This document shows positions 22,194 to 33,335 of a stretch of DNA of 64,000 nucleotides, one piece after another. The position numbers were made by a program, and so were the translations under genes. The notes beneath the pieces are model-generated. The model was given only the letters and a program-made list of their open reading frames with translations, had not been told where the DNA came from and did not search any database. The stretch is from Chamaesiphon sp. GTDB taxonomy: Bacteria > Cyanobacteriota > Cyanobacteriia > Cyanobacteriales > Chamaesiphonaceae. The first letter of the stretch is position 1; each line of letters begins with the position of its first letter. The stretch covers positions 64,001-128,000 of the forward strand of contig CBDFFH010000052.1 in the NCBI GenBank assembly GCA_965246715.1. Reading direction: 5' to 3'.

Positions 22194-23870
22194 ATGGCGC
22201 ACCACCAACTGCCGAGCGCGCGACCGTTGCGCTGGCAAAAAACTAAATACTCACTCTCAGCTCGTCAATTCGATATTTTTACTGCTGCTGCGAGGTTGGG
22301 GCTGGCACTGATCCAAAATCGGTTATTTCCCACCACCAACGAGCGCTATCACCGTCGCCGCGCGCAACAGTTGGTAAATACCACGATCGGGTTAGGGCCG
22401 ACTTTTATTAAGATCGGTCAATCTTTATCGACGCGAGTGGACTTTTTCTCACCGATTTATATTGAGGCACTGAGTCAGTTACAAGATCGCGTTCCCGCTT
22501 TTAGCGTAGATGAAGCGATCGTGATTATCGAAACCGAACTCGATACGCCGATCCAGAAATTATTAGCCAAATTCGACCCAGTACCGATCGCCGCCGCTAG
22601 CCTGGGACAGGTACATAAAGCCAAGTTGCCAACGGGTGATGAGATCGTCATCAAAGTCCAGCGTCCCGGATTACGCCAATTATTTGAACTAGACTTTCAA
22701 GTAATCGATAAATTATTGTGGTGGGTCGCGCTAGTCTTACCGAAGAAGCGCGCTCGCGAACTTAGAGCGATTTATCAAGAATTTTTTACGCTGCTATTTC
22801 AAGAAATTGACTATACCAAAGAAGGCCACAACGCCGAGCGCTTTCGGGAGAATTTTAAGGAAAGCGCACTCGTCACCGCACCCAAAATTTACTGGCGCTA
22901 TACCACTTGCAAGGTATTGACGATGAGCTATCTACCAGGGATTAAAATCGACGATCGCGCCACTTTAGAAGCATGTGGCTTTGACCCCAAGCAAATCAAT
23001 CAACTGGGTATTTGTTGCTATCTCAAACAACTCTTAGTCGATGGCTTTTTTCAAGCCGATCCGCATCCGGGAAATATGGCGATCGCGACTGATGGGAGAT
23101 TGGTGGTCTATGATTTTGGGATGATGGCCGAATTAAAGGAAATCTCTACCACCCTAACGATCGATACCTTTTGGGCGGTGATGAAAAAAGATAGCGAAGC
23201 TGTCATCGCACATTTAATAGAAATGGGGCTGATCGTCCAGATGGACGATATGCAGCCGATTCGCCGCGTTATTGAATTTCTGCTCGAGCGCTTTACCGAT
23301 CGTCCGGTGGATGTGCGCGAATTTAATTTAATCAAGCGGGAGATGACCGCACTATTTATCCATCAGCCATTTCAACTCTCCCCCGAAATGAGCTTTATTC
23401 TCAAAGCTTTATCGACCCTCGATGGGATCGCCCGCACCTTAGATCCAGAATATAACTTAGTTGCTGCCGCTCAACCATTTATTCGTAGCGTCGCGATCGC
23501 CGAACGTGGCAATATCGTCAGTCATCTGGGCAAACAGATAACTAATTATCTCAAGGATCGAGTCACTCGCCCTCGGGGTAAGAAATTATTGATGCAGCAA
23601 TTGGAGCAACGTCTCGCCCAAAGCGAACGCGAAAATGCGGGACTAGCCCAAACCAACCAGCAGCTACGGCGACTGGTGAATTTAATAATTTATAATCTCA
23701 TCTGGCTGTGCTTGACTGGCTTAAGTGCGATCGTGGCAATCTCGATCGGCTCGGCTCATCCATCATCGTCGTTACTCCTGTGGGGAATTACTGGTCTATT
23801 TGGATGCATTTGCTTCGGATCTTTCGTCTGCGCGATCGGTCAGGCTCGACGATCTAACCGATCGATGTAA
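22194..23870 (+). CDS. AarF/ABC1/UbiB family kinase
   Basis: LGPTFIKIGQ, AAASLGQVH, VIKVQRP, FFQADPHPGN, YDFGMM. Confidence 0.9.
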   Translation: MAHHQLPSARPLRWQKTKYSLSARQFDIFTAAARLGLALIQNRLFPTTNERYHRRRAQQLVNTTIGLGPTFIKIGQSLSTRVDFFSPIYIEALSQLQDRVPAFSVDEAIVIIETELDTPIQKLLAKFDPVPIAAASLGQVHKAKLPTGDEIVIKVQRPGLRQLFELDFQVIDKLLWWVALVLPKKRARELRAIYQEFFTLLFQEIDYTKEGHNAERFRENFKESALVTAPKIYWRYTTCKVLTMSYLPGIKIDDRATLEACGFDPKQINQLGICCYLKQLLVDGFFQADPHPGNMAIATDGRLVVYDFGMMAELKEISTTLTIDTFWAVMKKDSEAVIAHLIEMGLIVQMDDMQPIRRVIEFLLERFTDRPVDVREFNLIKREMTALFIHQPFQLSPEMSFILKALSTLDGIARTLDPEYNLVAAAQPFIRSVAIAERGNIVSHLGKQITNYLKDRVTRPRGKKLLMQQLEQRLAQSERENAGLAQTNQQLRRLVNLIIYNLIWLCLTGLSAIVAISIGSAHPSSSLLLWGITGLFGCICFGSFVCAIGQARRSNRSM

Positions 23871-23909
23871 ACTCAGCAGAACCGCTCATTCCAATTCAAA
23901 ACCCCTCGG

Positions 23910-23940
23910 AAAAGATCGGCATTATCGCCCGATCTTTTTT
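23910..23940 (+). terminator. intrinsic terminator
   Basis: AAAAGATCGG...CCGATCTTTTTT. Confidence 0.65.
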
Positions 23941-24183
23941 GACATTAAATCGCTAAACTTTGCTAAATTCGCGCCAATTATATTGACGGTCGCCTCTTAA
24001 TCTCCGCTCCGATCTTTTGCTAGTCATCATTTCATCCACTCGATCTGCGTCGGTGATATCGATCGTTGACACGCTCTTTAGTAGTATGGTCTAATCTTTG
24101 GAGTCAGTATTTACACGTATTGCTGGATAATAGCTTGAGTTAAAGTATACACATCAGCCCAGTTATTATCTTCTAGGATTATT

Positions 24184-27100
24184 ATGTTTGGATCGGCCAA
24201 AAATTCCGTTGTAACAGCTATCTCCGATCGCGAGCGCCAACTTGAAGTTGGCATTCGTCTAGCTTTAGTACAATTGAATGATTGGCTCCAAGGTAAGGAC
24301 GATCTCCAACAACTCGATTTAGCATTTGGTAATAACTGGAATCGCAGCAAAGGCTTCCGGCTAATACAAGACTGGGCGAGCGGCAAGCAGTTACCAACAA
24401 TCGAAGTTGTTACGGCTACTCAACTCAATGGTGGGAATGGTGCATTCGACAGCACCAACAACAAAATTTACATCAGTCAAGAGTTACTAGCAAATCAGCA
24501 ACAATCGCCAACTCTATTCACTGCGGTTCTACTAGAAGAATTAGGTCATTATTTTGACAAGGCAGTTAACAAGCAAGATAGCCCTGGCGATGAAGGAGCG
24601 ATCTTTGCCAAACTGATTCAAGGTACGCAAATTAGTAGTATTGAATTAGCAAGTCTCAAGCAAGAAGCCGATCTAACTCAGGTAACAATTGATGGTACTG
24701 TCCACAATCTCGAGCTGAGTACTACTTATGGTAATATCACCGTTGATGGTAGTTTAGCTGATTGGACGGCAAGCGACAGGCTTGATTCGGCCGCCAATGG
24801 TACCGCCCAAGTTGGGTATGAGCTATATGGCAAGTATAATGCCAATAACTACCTGTTTGCGATTAAATCCGCCCAAGCGATCGGTGCGGGTACGACCATC
24901 TGGTTGAATACCGACCAAAATAAGTCGACTGGCTATCAAGTGTTCGGATATGCTGGTGGTGCCGAATATAACATTAACTTTGCGACTGATGGCAAAGCCT
25001 ACCTTTACAGTGGTGCTGACGGCCAGAACTATATCGCGCCGCTAGATTACAGTATCAGTGCCGATGGTTTGAGTGCTGAAGTTGCAGTTTCAGCCGCCTT
25101 GCTGGGTGCTACAGCACCAACAGCGATCGATATCTTGGCAGATGTTAATAACAACGTTTTCCTTCCTGGCGACTATAGCAGTACTGCTAAATTGACGGTC
25201 TCTCAGTCAGGAAATTTACCGCTCCCGCCATTCACACCCAAGAATACCTACGGTAATATCACTCTAGATGGTAGTTTGGCCGATTGGACGGCGATCGATC
25301 GGCTGGATTACTTACCCAGTCAGCAAGTAGCGGGCTATAGCGTTTATGGTAAAAATACCGCTGACGGTTATGTATTGGCAATTAACGCCGCTGAAGCCAT
25401 CGGTGCAAATACGACGATTTGGTTGAATACCGACCAAAATAAAGCTAGCGGCTTTCAAGTATTTGGTTCGACTGTAGGTGCGGAATATAACATCAACATT
25501 GCTGTCGATGGTAAGCCTTACCTGTACAGCGGTGCCGCCGGACAAACTTTGGTCGGACAACTAGATTTCGCGCTCAGTGCTGACAAAAAAACCTTGGAAG
25601 TGGCGATTCCCAAGGCGAGCATGACTGTCACGGGGAATGGCATTCAGGCCGCAATCGATGTCAACGATCGCACGTTCTTACCAGGAGATTATGCTAGCAA
25701 TAGCTTGAGCATTAGCAGTGCGCCACTCCCCACCCGGACTAATCTCAGTAAGCGCATCGCGATCGTCTATTCGGAGACTTCCGCGAGTAAATTCTTCGAT
25801 CGCAAAGCCTACAATCAGTTATTTGCCGCCGCTCAAAGTCAAGCAATGCAATCTGGTGTGCCGTTCGACTTAATCACTGAAAGCGATCTTAAAGATTTAG
25901 GCAAGCTCGTTAACTATGATGCATTAGTATGTCCCTCCTTTACCAACGTCAACAAAGCCGACTTAGGGGCGATCGAAAATTCGCTCAATCAAGCGGTTGC
26001 CAAATACGGGATCGGCATCATCACCTCTGGCGATTTCATGAGCAATGATGAGACAGGAGCCGCATTAGCTGGCGATCCTTACAGCCGGATGAAAAACTTG
26101 CTGGGTGTCCAACGGACTGCTGGCGGTGGCGTATTCAATGCCGTCGTCAAAGCCAAAGATGTTAGTGGTGGGATCCTGTTGCCTGGTTATACAACTGGCG
26201 AACAGTTGATTAATTACGACAAAGGGACGGCATTTGCGGCTTATAGTGCCGTCGGTGCTGGCACGGTTCTCGCCGAGCAAACCGTTAATGGGGCGAATTA
26301 TAATGCGATCGTCGCTACCCAAACCGGCGGTCAAAACGTTCACTTTGCCAACCAGTCGATCTTCGCCGATAGTAAAATTGTCGCACAAGCGATCGATGCG
26401 ATCGTTTACAAAAACCAAGCTAGAGTCAGCCTCGACCTCACCCGCAATACCAGCTTATTCCTCTCCCGGGATGATGTCGATCAATCAAAATATTCGCTCG
26501 CTGCGCCAACCGTCGAAGCTAAACTAGCCGATGTCCTTACCCAATGGAAAACCAAATATGGGTTCGTCGGTACCCACTTTATCAACATCGGTAACGATCC
26601 AGCTAACGACCAATCCACCGATTGGAATGTCATGCGACCGATTTACCAACGGTGGCTGGCATTGGGTAACGAAATCGGCACCCACTCTTATACTCACCCG
26701 CTAACTCCCAGCAACCTCACGCCAACCGAAGTTGAATTTGAATTCAACCAATCCAAGAATGTCATCAGTCAGCAACTCGGTATTAACGTTACTGGAGCTG
26801 GGACACCCGGCAATCCCGATAGTTTAGCATTAGACCAACAACTCGATAACTATTTTCAATACTATACTGGGGTCGGTACCGCTTATAACAGCGCTTTCGG
26901 CTTTTTCGACCCCACCTCTAAAGCAGTTTACTTTGCGCCGAATATCTCGTTTGACTTTAATGCGATCGAATTTCTCGGCTTGACCAACGCGCAAACCGAA
27001 GCCTTATGGAATACCGAGTATAACCAATTGCGAAGCCACGCTAACAAGCCGATTATCGAGTTTGCTTGGCATGATTATGGCGCAACAGGCACCGATCCCT

Positions 27101-28509
27101 TGTACAACGCTGCAATTTACGAGAACTTTATCGCCAAAGCTGCCGCTGATGGTACCGAATTTGTCACTTTTAATGACGCGCAAAATCGGATTCGCACCTT
27201 CGGCAAATCTCAACTCACCGTCAACCAAGTCGGGGATGTTATTTCAGCTACAGCGACTCCAGATATTACCACATCCGGACTGGGTACCTTCTCCCTCGAT
27301 ATCCAATCCACCAAACAAATCAAGAACGTTACCAACTACTACGCCTTCGATAAGGACTCCGTATTCTTAACTAAAGCTGGTGGTAGCTTCACGATTAATC
27401 TTGGTGTAACCGCAGATAATGTCACCCATATTAGCGCCCTCGCCCAACGCGCCGAACTCCTCTCCGTCACTGGCGACGGTCAGAATCTCGACTACAGCTT
27501 TAATGGTCAAGGTAAAATCTCGATCGATCTCAATATCCCGACGGGTAAAGGTGTCACCGCAACTGGAGCCGATAGCTTCACCTTAGTCGGCAATCGGTTG
27601 GAAATGACCTTTAATAACACTGGTACGCATACTGCCAAAGTCCTGTTGGGTAACGATCTCGCACCGACGATCGCCAACCAGATCGCCAATATTACAGTTA
27701 ATGAGACAGCTACGACTACCTCGCTCGATCTCACCAATGTCTTTAAAGATCTCGACACCACCACCGATTTGAGTCAAATCGCCAAATCGATTCAAGTAGC
27801 TGGTAATATTAGTATCGCTACGGCGGCGATCGTCGGCAATATGCTTACGCTTAAATATCAACCCTACGCCTTTGGTTCTTCCCAAGTTACCATTCGTGGT
27901 ACATCTGGTGGTAAAACCGTCGATAATACCTTTACCGTCACCCGTAAGGCCAGCAATCTCCCCGCGAACGCCACTTCCACCTTCGTTAACGGTGGTGCTA
28001 ATGGCGATATCCTCACAGGTAGTACTGCCACTAATAATATCATCCAAGGTTTTGCTGGGAACGATCGATTGACTGCTGGTAGCAAAAATGACGTTCTGAT
28101 CGGCGGTACAGGCAACGATACGCTCATCGGTGGCGCAGGGAAAGATATTTTGGTAGGTGTCGATCCCACTAGTGCTACTGCTGGTCGCAGTGAAATCGAT
28201 ACACTTACTAGTGCGGGTCTAGGCGATCGGTTTGTCCTCGGTGATGTCAATCAGGTTTACTATAATGATGGCAACAATACTAATAGTGGTCTAAATGACT
28301 ACGCCAAAATCGTCGGCTTCTCATCGACTGCGGGCGATATCATCCAACTCAAAGGTAAAGCCGCAGACTACTCTCTCAGCTCGCCTCCGCTCCTGTTGGG
28401 TCTTGGTACTGCGATTTACAACAATACCTTCGGTCAACCAGAATTGATTGGTGTCGTCCAAAATGTCTTTGGACTGAGCTTGACTGGTAGCTACATTAAT
28501 TACGTTTAA
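24184..28509 (+). CDS. large extracellular protein: LLEELGH N-domain, two beta-rich repeats, polysaccharide deacetylase-like domain, RTX-like repeats
   Basis: duplicated YGNIT.DGSLADWT...WLNTDQNK..GAEYNIN; DDVD and EIGTHSYTHP motifs; GGTGNDTLIGGAGKDIL repeats. Confidence 0.8.
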   Translation: MFGSAKNSVVTAISDRERQLEVGIRLALVQLNDWLQGKDDLQQLDLAFGNNWNRSKGFRLIQDWASGKQLPTIEVVTATQLNGGNGAFDSTNNKIYISQELLANQQQSPTLFTAVLLEELGHYFDKAVNKQDSPGDEGAIFAKLIQGTQISSIELASLKQEADLTQVTIDGTVHNLELSTTYGNITVDGSLADWTASDRLDSAANGTAQVGYELYGKYNANNYLFAIKSAQAIGAGTTIWLNTDQNKSTGYQVFGYAGGAEYNINFATDGKAYLYSGADGQNYIAPLDYSISADGLSAEVAVSAALLGATAPTAIDILADVNNNVFLPGDYSSTAKLTVSQSGNLPLPPFTPKNTYGNITLDGSLADWTAIDRLDYLPSQQVAGYSVYGKNTADGYVLAINAAEAIGANTTIWLNTDQNKASGFQVFGSTVGAEYNINIAVDGKPYLYSGAAGQTLVGQLDFALSADKKTLEVAIPKASMTVTGNGIQAAIDVNDRTFLPGDYASNSLSISSAPLPTRTNLSKRIAIVYSETSASKFFDRKAYNQLFAAAQSQAMQSGVPFDLITESDLKDLGKLVNYDALVCPSFTNVNKADLGAIENSLNQAVAKYGIGIITSGDFMSNDETGAALAGDPYSRMKNLLGVQRTAGGGVFNAVVKAKDVSGGILLPGYTTGEQLINYDKGTAFAAYSAVGAGTVLAEQTVNGANYNAIVATQTGGQNVHFANQSIFADSKIVAQAIDAIVYKNQARVSLDLTRNTSLFLSRDDVDQSKYSLAAPTVEAKLADVLTQWKTKYGFVGTHFINIGNDPANDQSTDWNVMRPIYQRWLALGNEIGTHSYTHPLTPSNLTPTEVEFEFNQSKNVISQQLGINVTGAGTPGNPDSLALDQQLDNYFQYYTGVGTAYNSAFGFFDPTSKAVYFAPNISFDFNAIEFLGLTNAQTEALWNTEYNQLRSHANKPIIEFAWHDYGATGTDPLYNAAIYENFIAKAAADGTEFVTFNDAQNRIRTFGKSQLTVNQVGDVISATATPDITTSGLGTFSLDIQSTKQIKNVTNYYAFDKDSVFLTKAGGSFTINLGVTADNVTHISALAQRAELLSVTGDGQNLDYSFNGQGKISIDLNIPTGKGVTATGADSFTLVGNRLEMTFNNTGTHTAKVLLGNDLAPTIANQIANITVNETATTTSLDLTNVFKDLDTTTDLSQIAKSIQVAGNISIATAAIVGNMLTLKYQPYAFGSSQVTIRGTSGGKTVDNTFTVTRKASNLPANATSTFVNGGANGDILTGSTATNNIIQGFAGNDRLTAGSKNDVLIGGTGNDTLIGGAGKDILVGVDPTSATAGRSEIDTLTSAGLGDRFVLGDVNQVYYNDGNNTNSGLNDYAKIVGFSSTAGDIIQLKGKAADYSLSSPPLLLGLGTAIYNNTFGQPELIGVVQNVFGLSLTGSYINYV

Positions 28510-28674
28510 TGATGTAGCTAGATTAGGGCACCCCAATCCAAAAAACTGTATTGCTGAATCAGGGGATGAAAAAGGGAAATACGGGTAGAGAGAGCGGTAT
28601 TGCAACAGCAGTAAATCGCTCTCAAATCGGAAATGCCACAAAACTAAACATCCCAACGTTTAAAGCGATTGCCT

Positions 28675-29117
28675 TCAGCTCCATTCAGTAAAATAGTCGG
28701 CTATCCAAAGATATTTGTCATGAAAATCGCTCCGAAACGTTGGTGTCGTTTGGCAGTAAAATCTCGATCGCGAAAAAAGTCGATCGTCTCGCCAATAAAT
28801 GGCAATCTGGTATTGATGTCGGCTATGGGTGATTTTATTCGGGTCTGGCCATTCTTCAATGCACTCAGCTAGTCCTCGACAGATCTGTTCTTGTTCTTCG
28901 GCCTGTCTTGCTAATAATATTCCGGCATCTGAACTCAGTTCTAAGTCTGAATATCGGACTACTAACTGTCGCCGATCGTAAAAATTATAGGGGAGTGGAG
29001 AAATACACTCTGTCATGTCAAAATGAGGATGCTTATTTGTTTGTATAGCCTGATTCTACTCAGTTTCAGGCTTTTTATTATCTTCTTTTTGCATTCCTTC
29101 ATGAATTATCCAGGTTA
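28675..29117 (-). mobile_element. IS1380-family transposase remnant (N-terminal fragment plus putative left end)
   Basis: LSSDAGILLARQAEE...DPNKITHS; frameshifted; end sequence CCTGGATAATTCATG near 29115. Confidence 0.75.
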
Positions 29118-29610
29118 AATTCGTCGATGGTCAATGGTGCGCGGCTGATCGGCCCCGCGATCGCAGGTGTCGTAATCGCCCGCATTGGTCCTGGCTACTG
29201 TTTTCTATTGGACGGAATTAGTTATATCGCTGTCATTATTAGATTGATATTGATGCAGTTGAAGCCGCAACCACGTTTTGCTAGCAATCTCAGGCTATTA
29301 GAGCGCATTAGAAAAGGATTTGATTATGCGTTTGCGTCTCTACCGATCCCGTGGATTTTAATATTGATGACTATCTTCAGTCTCACCACCATGTCCTACA
29401 CAACCTTGATGCCAGTCGTCTCAACCGAAATTTTGCATGGTGACGCGCATACTCTGGGATTTCTGCTTTCGGCTGCTGGGGTGGGCGCATTGCTTGGGGG
29501 AGCTTATCTGAGTAATCGATCGTTTTAGTAGGGCTAGGAAAAGTGGTGGCATACGCACCAATTTTATGCGGTGTCGGATTGATTGGATTCGCAGCTCCGC
29601 TCAAGCACCA
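29118..29610 (+). pseudogene. MFS transporter fragment
   Basis: NGARLIGPAIAG, LGFLLSAAGVGALLG; begins at the IS end and shifts frame near 29525. Confidence 0.75.
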
Positions 29611-29704
29611 TCATGAACTAGAATTTCGGGCTAATGACTAAGTTTTGAGGGAATTAGCACTCAATATTAATTCACTCCTTACTAATACCGAACGTTGAGT
29701 AACT

Positions 29705-29754
29705 GTGAGTGAAATCGCGCTGAGGTTCCCTCCGCGTGCGTTTCACTCAAGACA
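29705..29754 (-). repeat. about 50-nt hairpin element (TGTCTTG family)
   Basis: reverse complement aligns with 48073-48120 in cobN. Confidence 0.75.
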
Positions 29755-29821
29755 GCCGAAGGCAATCCAAGCTAGCACACTCGCAATCCATTCGCAGTGG
29801 AGTCTGAGGCGCGGTACTTCC

Positions 29822-30353
29822 TTGTGAGCTTGAGAAGGTTTGGCTGAGAGTTCAAATTGAATCTTAGTCATCATCTGGGGGTAAACCTGCTCTAGGGCTT
29901 GAGTTAGCATCGCTGGGTGATAGCCGTTATTATCAAGATCGTGGTTTTGGGAAGATCCACGGGTTTAGATTTGAAGTAATCGATATTTGCCCAAAGCATT
30001 TCAATTAACCTGTTGGCGCGCCTGAGGATGCAAATTGGTCATGATTTGAGCGAGGATGTCCTCTTCACACCACTGCTGGTAATGCCAGAATCCGGTCGAA
30101 TAGGGCGGTAAATCTCTGGGTAAATCGCCCAATTACAACCATTTTTGAGTTGATAAAATATGCCGGTGAGGATTTGCCGCTTTGTCCACACAGGGGGTCT
30201 GGTTTTCTTCTTTTGAGGCAGCAATGGCTCAATTATTTCCCACTCCTTGTCTGTCACATCACTTGAATATCCCATGATTTCCACTGCCATGCTTGGACTT
30301 CACCGATTTTAATCGATTCTACCCGATCGCTTAAAAGATCTCAAATGGGTTCT
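29822..30353 (-). mobile_element. IS5-family transposase remnant
   Basis: YSSDVTDKEWEIIEPLLP...FYQLKNGCNW; downstream NIDYFKSKPV..LEQVYPQ fragment; end AGAACCCATTTGAGATC. Confidence 0.8.
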
Positions 30354-30491
30354 ATACGGTAGCAACTTGGGGTAAAAATAAATAGGTTTGAGCCGATTAC
30401 TACGAGATCGATATTTGCGACGTACCAACTAAACGAGCAGTGAAAGCTTATAATTGACCCGTCAATCGATCGCCACATCACATCACGATCC

Positions 30492-31142
30492 ATGCTGTTT
30501 AACATTGCTATTACCACAGGTGTCTTTTTACTTGCTTACCTATGTGGCTCGTTGCCGACTGGATATCTAGCAGGTAAGTTATTACAAGGGATCGATATTC
30601 GCGAACATGGTTCGGGTTCGACGGGAGCGACAAATGTCTTGCGAACTTTGGGTAAAGTTCCTGGTTCGATCGTGTTGTTAATTGACGCACTTAAAGGCGT
30701 ATTGGCAGTGACGATCGCGCGGGAGATATTTACGCTCGATCTGTTCCCGACATTGCCCAGCCAATGGGAAGACTATTTAATCCCGTTAGCCGCTACCGGT
30801 GCGTTGCTGGGGCATAGTAAATCGATCTGGCTAAAGTTTGGTGGGGGTAAATCTGTCGCTACTGGGGTAGGTGTCTTACTGGCGATGTCTTGGCAAGTTG
30901 GCTTGGCAACGATGGCGGTATTTAGTCTGACGATCGCAATTAGTCGGATCGTGTCGATTAGCTCGATTGTGGGGGCACTTTCGGTTACTTTGTGGATGGT
31001 GGTATTCGCCCGACCTTTGCCAGCGCTAGTTTTTGCGATCGTTGGCGGTATTTATGTCACTTGGTTGCACCGCAAGAATATCGATCGACTACTTGCCGGT
31101 ACGGAGCCAAAACTCGGACAGAAGCTAGAATCGAGTACCTAG
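30492..31142 (+). CDS. plsY: glycerol-3-phosphate acyltransferase
   Basis: DIREHGSGSTGATNVLR, GGKSVATG, HRKNIDRLLAGTEPK. Confidence 0.95.
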   Translation: MLFNIAITTGVFLLAYLCGSLPTGYLAGKLLQGIDIREHGSGSTGATNVLRTLGKVPGSIVLLIDALKGVLAVTIAREIFTLDLFPTLPSQWEDYLIPLAATGALLGHSKSIWLKFGGGKSVATGVGVLLAMSWQVGLATMAVFSLTIAISRIVSISSIVGALSVTLWMVVFARPLPALVFAIVGGIYVTWLHRKNIDRLLAGTEPKLGQKLESST

Positions 31143-31162
31143 CCACTTTCTACCACTATCTA

Positions 31163-32284
31163 CTACCCAACCGCCCGAGCTGGCGCTAAAATCTCCGCAT
31201 ATAGGTGTTCGATTCGATCGATATTGCCCGTCAGGGTATAACGGTTTAACACTCGCTGACGGGCAGATTTGCCCAGAATCTCGCGCCATGCACTATGCTC
31301 GCGGATGACCGGGAGGATGGTGCGGAGTTGAGCGGTCACGCCTTGAGTGTTGATGACAACACCAGCCCCTTCGGCGATCACGGATGCATCTGCACCCGCA
31401 TCGGTAGCAACACAGGCAATACCACAAGCCATTGCTTCTAATAGCGAAAGCGATAAACCTTCAACTAGAGAGGGGAGAATAAATACATCAGCACCGCGTA
31501 GAATTTCGATCCGGCGCGCATCATCGCGAATCGCACCCAACCAAAAAACACCTTGCTCGGTATTGTAAAACGGTTCGAGATTTGGCTTGAGCGGGCCGTC
31601 GCCAACTAATAATAGTTTGCAACCATAGTTGCTCATATTGCAGTATTTCCAAGCTTTTAATAGGGCTTCGACATTTTTTTCAGTAGAGATGCGACCCTGA
31701 TAAACATAAATTTGCCTGGCATTAAATTCGGCTTTGATATTACTAGTACCGGGGGTGTATTTTTGGTCGTCTACACCATTGGGGATAATCACCAATCGAT
31801 CGCGTGGTACTCCGAGTTTGACTAGTAAATCTTGCTGTTCTTCGCAAAAAATAATCGTTCGATCGTACTTAGCTAAAAATGGTGCGTAGAGTTGATAAGC
31901 AAGTAACTGAGTCGTTGAAGTAGCATTGCGCCTTTTCCCATCATAGGGAGTATGAAATGTGGAAATTAACGGTAAATTTAGCTCTTGGCAAATTTCTGGA
32001 AGTAAAAAATCTAACCCAGATAAACACAGAGAAGCATGGACGATATCTGGTTTACGACGGCGAAGGGAACGTTCGAGTACCCGTTTGGCTCTGATTGTGG
32101 GGATTGTAAATACTTGAGATTTATAGAGAAATGGTAAGGAAACATCATCGCCATCAGCGATCGTGTCCGCAAAATGCATAAAGCTGACTTTATGCCCGCG
32201 ATTAGTTAAGGCACCAGTAATTTCTCTACCATAAGTGACATTCCCACAAAAAGGTGTTTTTTTTCCCAACCACGCAATATGCAT
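31163..32284 (-). CDS. dgdA: GT4 glycosyltransferase, probable digalactosyldiacylglycerol synthase
   Basis: MHIAWLGKKTPFCGNVTY, GRISTEKN, PSLVEGLSLSLLEAMACG; GT4 fold is secure, dgdA identity is from recall. Confidence 0.6.
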   Translation of the reverse strand: MHIAWLGKKTPFCGNVTYGREITGALTNRGHKVSFMHFADTIADGDDVSLPFLYKSQVFTIPTIRAKRVLERSLRRRKPDIVHASLCLSGLDFLLPEICQELNLPLISTFHTPYDGKRRNATSTTQLLAYQLYAPFLAKYDRTIIFCEEQQDLLVKLGVPRDRLVIIPNGVDDQKYTPGTSNIKAEFNARQIYVYQGRISTEKNVEALLKAWKYCNMSNYGCKLLLVGDGPLKPNLEPFYNTEQGVFWLGAIRDDARRIEILRGADVFILPSLVEGLSLSLLEAMACGIACVATDAGADASVIAEGAGVVINTQGVTAQLRTILPVIREHSAWREILGKSARQRVLNRYTLTGNIDRIEHLYAEILAPARAVG

Positions 32285-32454
32285 CTTTCGTTAAATCGAT
32301 CTATGTTCGCTAAACTGTTGGATATTTGAATTTAAATATTAATATGTCTCAAATATACCAGTAAAGTCTGTCACGGCAATAGAGGTCGATCGATTTTGGA
32401 GGTACCATCATGCTGACTCTGCTGAAAGCGATCTTGGTAGGCATCACTCGGTCA

Positions 32455-33303
32455 TCATGAATTGAAGTCGGGTAATTCTAGCGGAATACGCCCCAATACC
32501 CCCGTCCGAAAATCATTGAGAATCAGATGGGAGGTGCGTTCTAGATCGCCGCGATATTTTTCCTCAGCCAGATGATGCAGGTACTCTTCACCACTTAAAG
32601 TCGCTGGTACCGAGCCATATCTGGAACTAAATCCTTCGACATAGCCCAACTCTTGACACAACTCGATAAATGCTGCTGCCATACTCTGCCGATCGTATCC
32701 CGCTTCACCGATATCATCGCAGATTGCCAGCTTGATAGCTGCTTCCTGGTCGTTCAAGCGTCCGGGAATGATCCCTGGGGCATCCAATAATTCTAATTGC
32801 TCGGAGAGCCTTACCCACCGCAATTGGCGGGTTACACCAGCTCGTCTGGCACTATCGACCACCCGTTTATTCAACAACCGATTGATCAGTGCTGACTTTC
32901 CAACATTTGGAAACCCAATCACGACAGCGCGTACCGGACGTGGTAACATGCCACGTTCTTTGCGTTTTTGGTTGATGGCGACTCCGTATGACTGAGCGGC
33001 TTTGGAGATGGCGACTACCCCAGTGCCCTGTTGCGCGTTGGCAAAATACGGCTTTTCGCCCTGTGCTTCAAACCATTCGATCCACAAGTCTTTGACTGTT
33101 TGGGGGATCATATCGACCCGATTGAGGATCAGCAGTCGTTGTTTATTGCCAATCCACGTCGCCAATAATGGGTGATAGGTAGCAAAGGGAATGCGTGCAT
33201 CGCGCACTTCGAGGACGACATCGACTTTTTTTAATTGTTCTTGAAGTTGGCGTTCGGCTTTGGCTATATGGCCAGGATACCATTGAATCGCGGGAATAGG
33301 CAT
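32455..33303 (-). CDS. rbgA: ribosome biogenesis GTPase YlqF/RbgA
   Basis: IQWYPGHIAKA, EVRDARIP, GFPNVGKSALIN, LLDAPG. Confidence 0.93.
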   Translation of the reverse strand: MPIPAIQWYPGHIAKAERQLQEQLKKVDVVLEVRDARIPFATYHPLLATWIGNKQRLLILNRVDMIPQTVKDLWIEWFEAQGEKPYFANAQQGTGVVAISKAAQSYGVAINQKRKERGMLPRPVRAVVIGFPNVGKSALINRLLNKRVVDSARRAGVTRQLRWVRLSEQLELLDAPGIIPGRLNDQEAAIKLAICDDIGEAGYDRQSMAAAFIELCQELGYVEGFSSRYGSVPATLSGEEYLHHLAEEKYRGDLERTSHLILNDFRTGVLGRIPLELPDFNS

Positions 33304-33312
33304 GAGAGTTGA

Positions 33313-33335
33313 CCCTTCGACAAGCTCAGGGCAGG
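33313..33335 (+). repeat. small dispersed repeat inserted in a GTTGACA heptamer tract
   Basis: gttga-CCCTTCGACAAGCTCAGGGCAGG-tagttgacagttgac. Confidence 0.6.
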
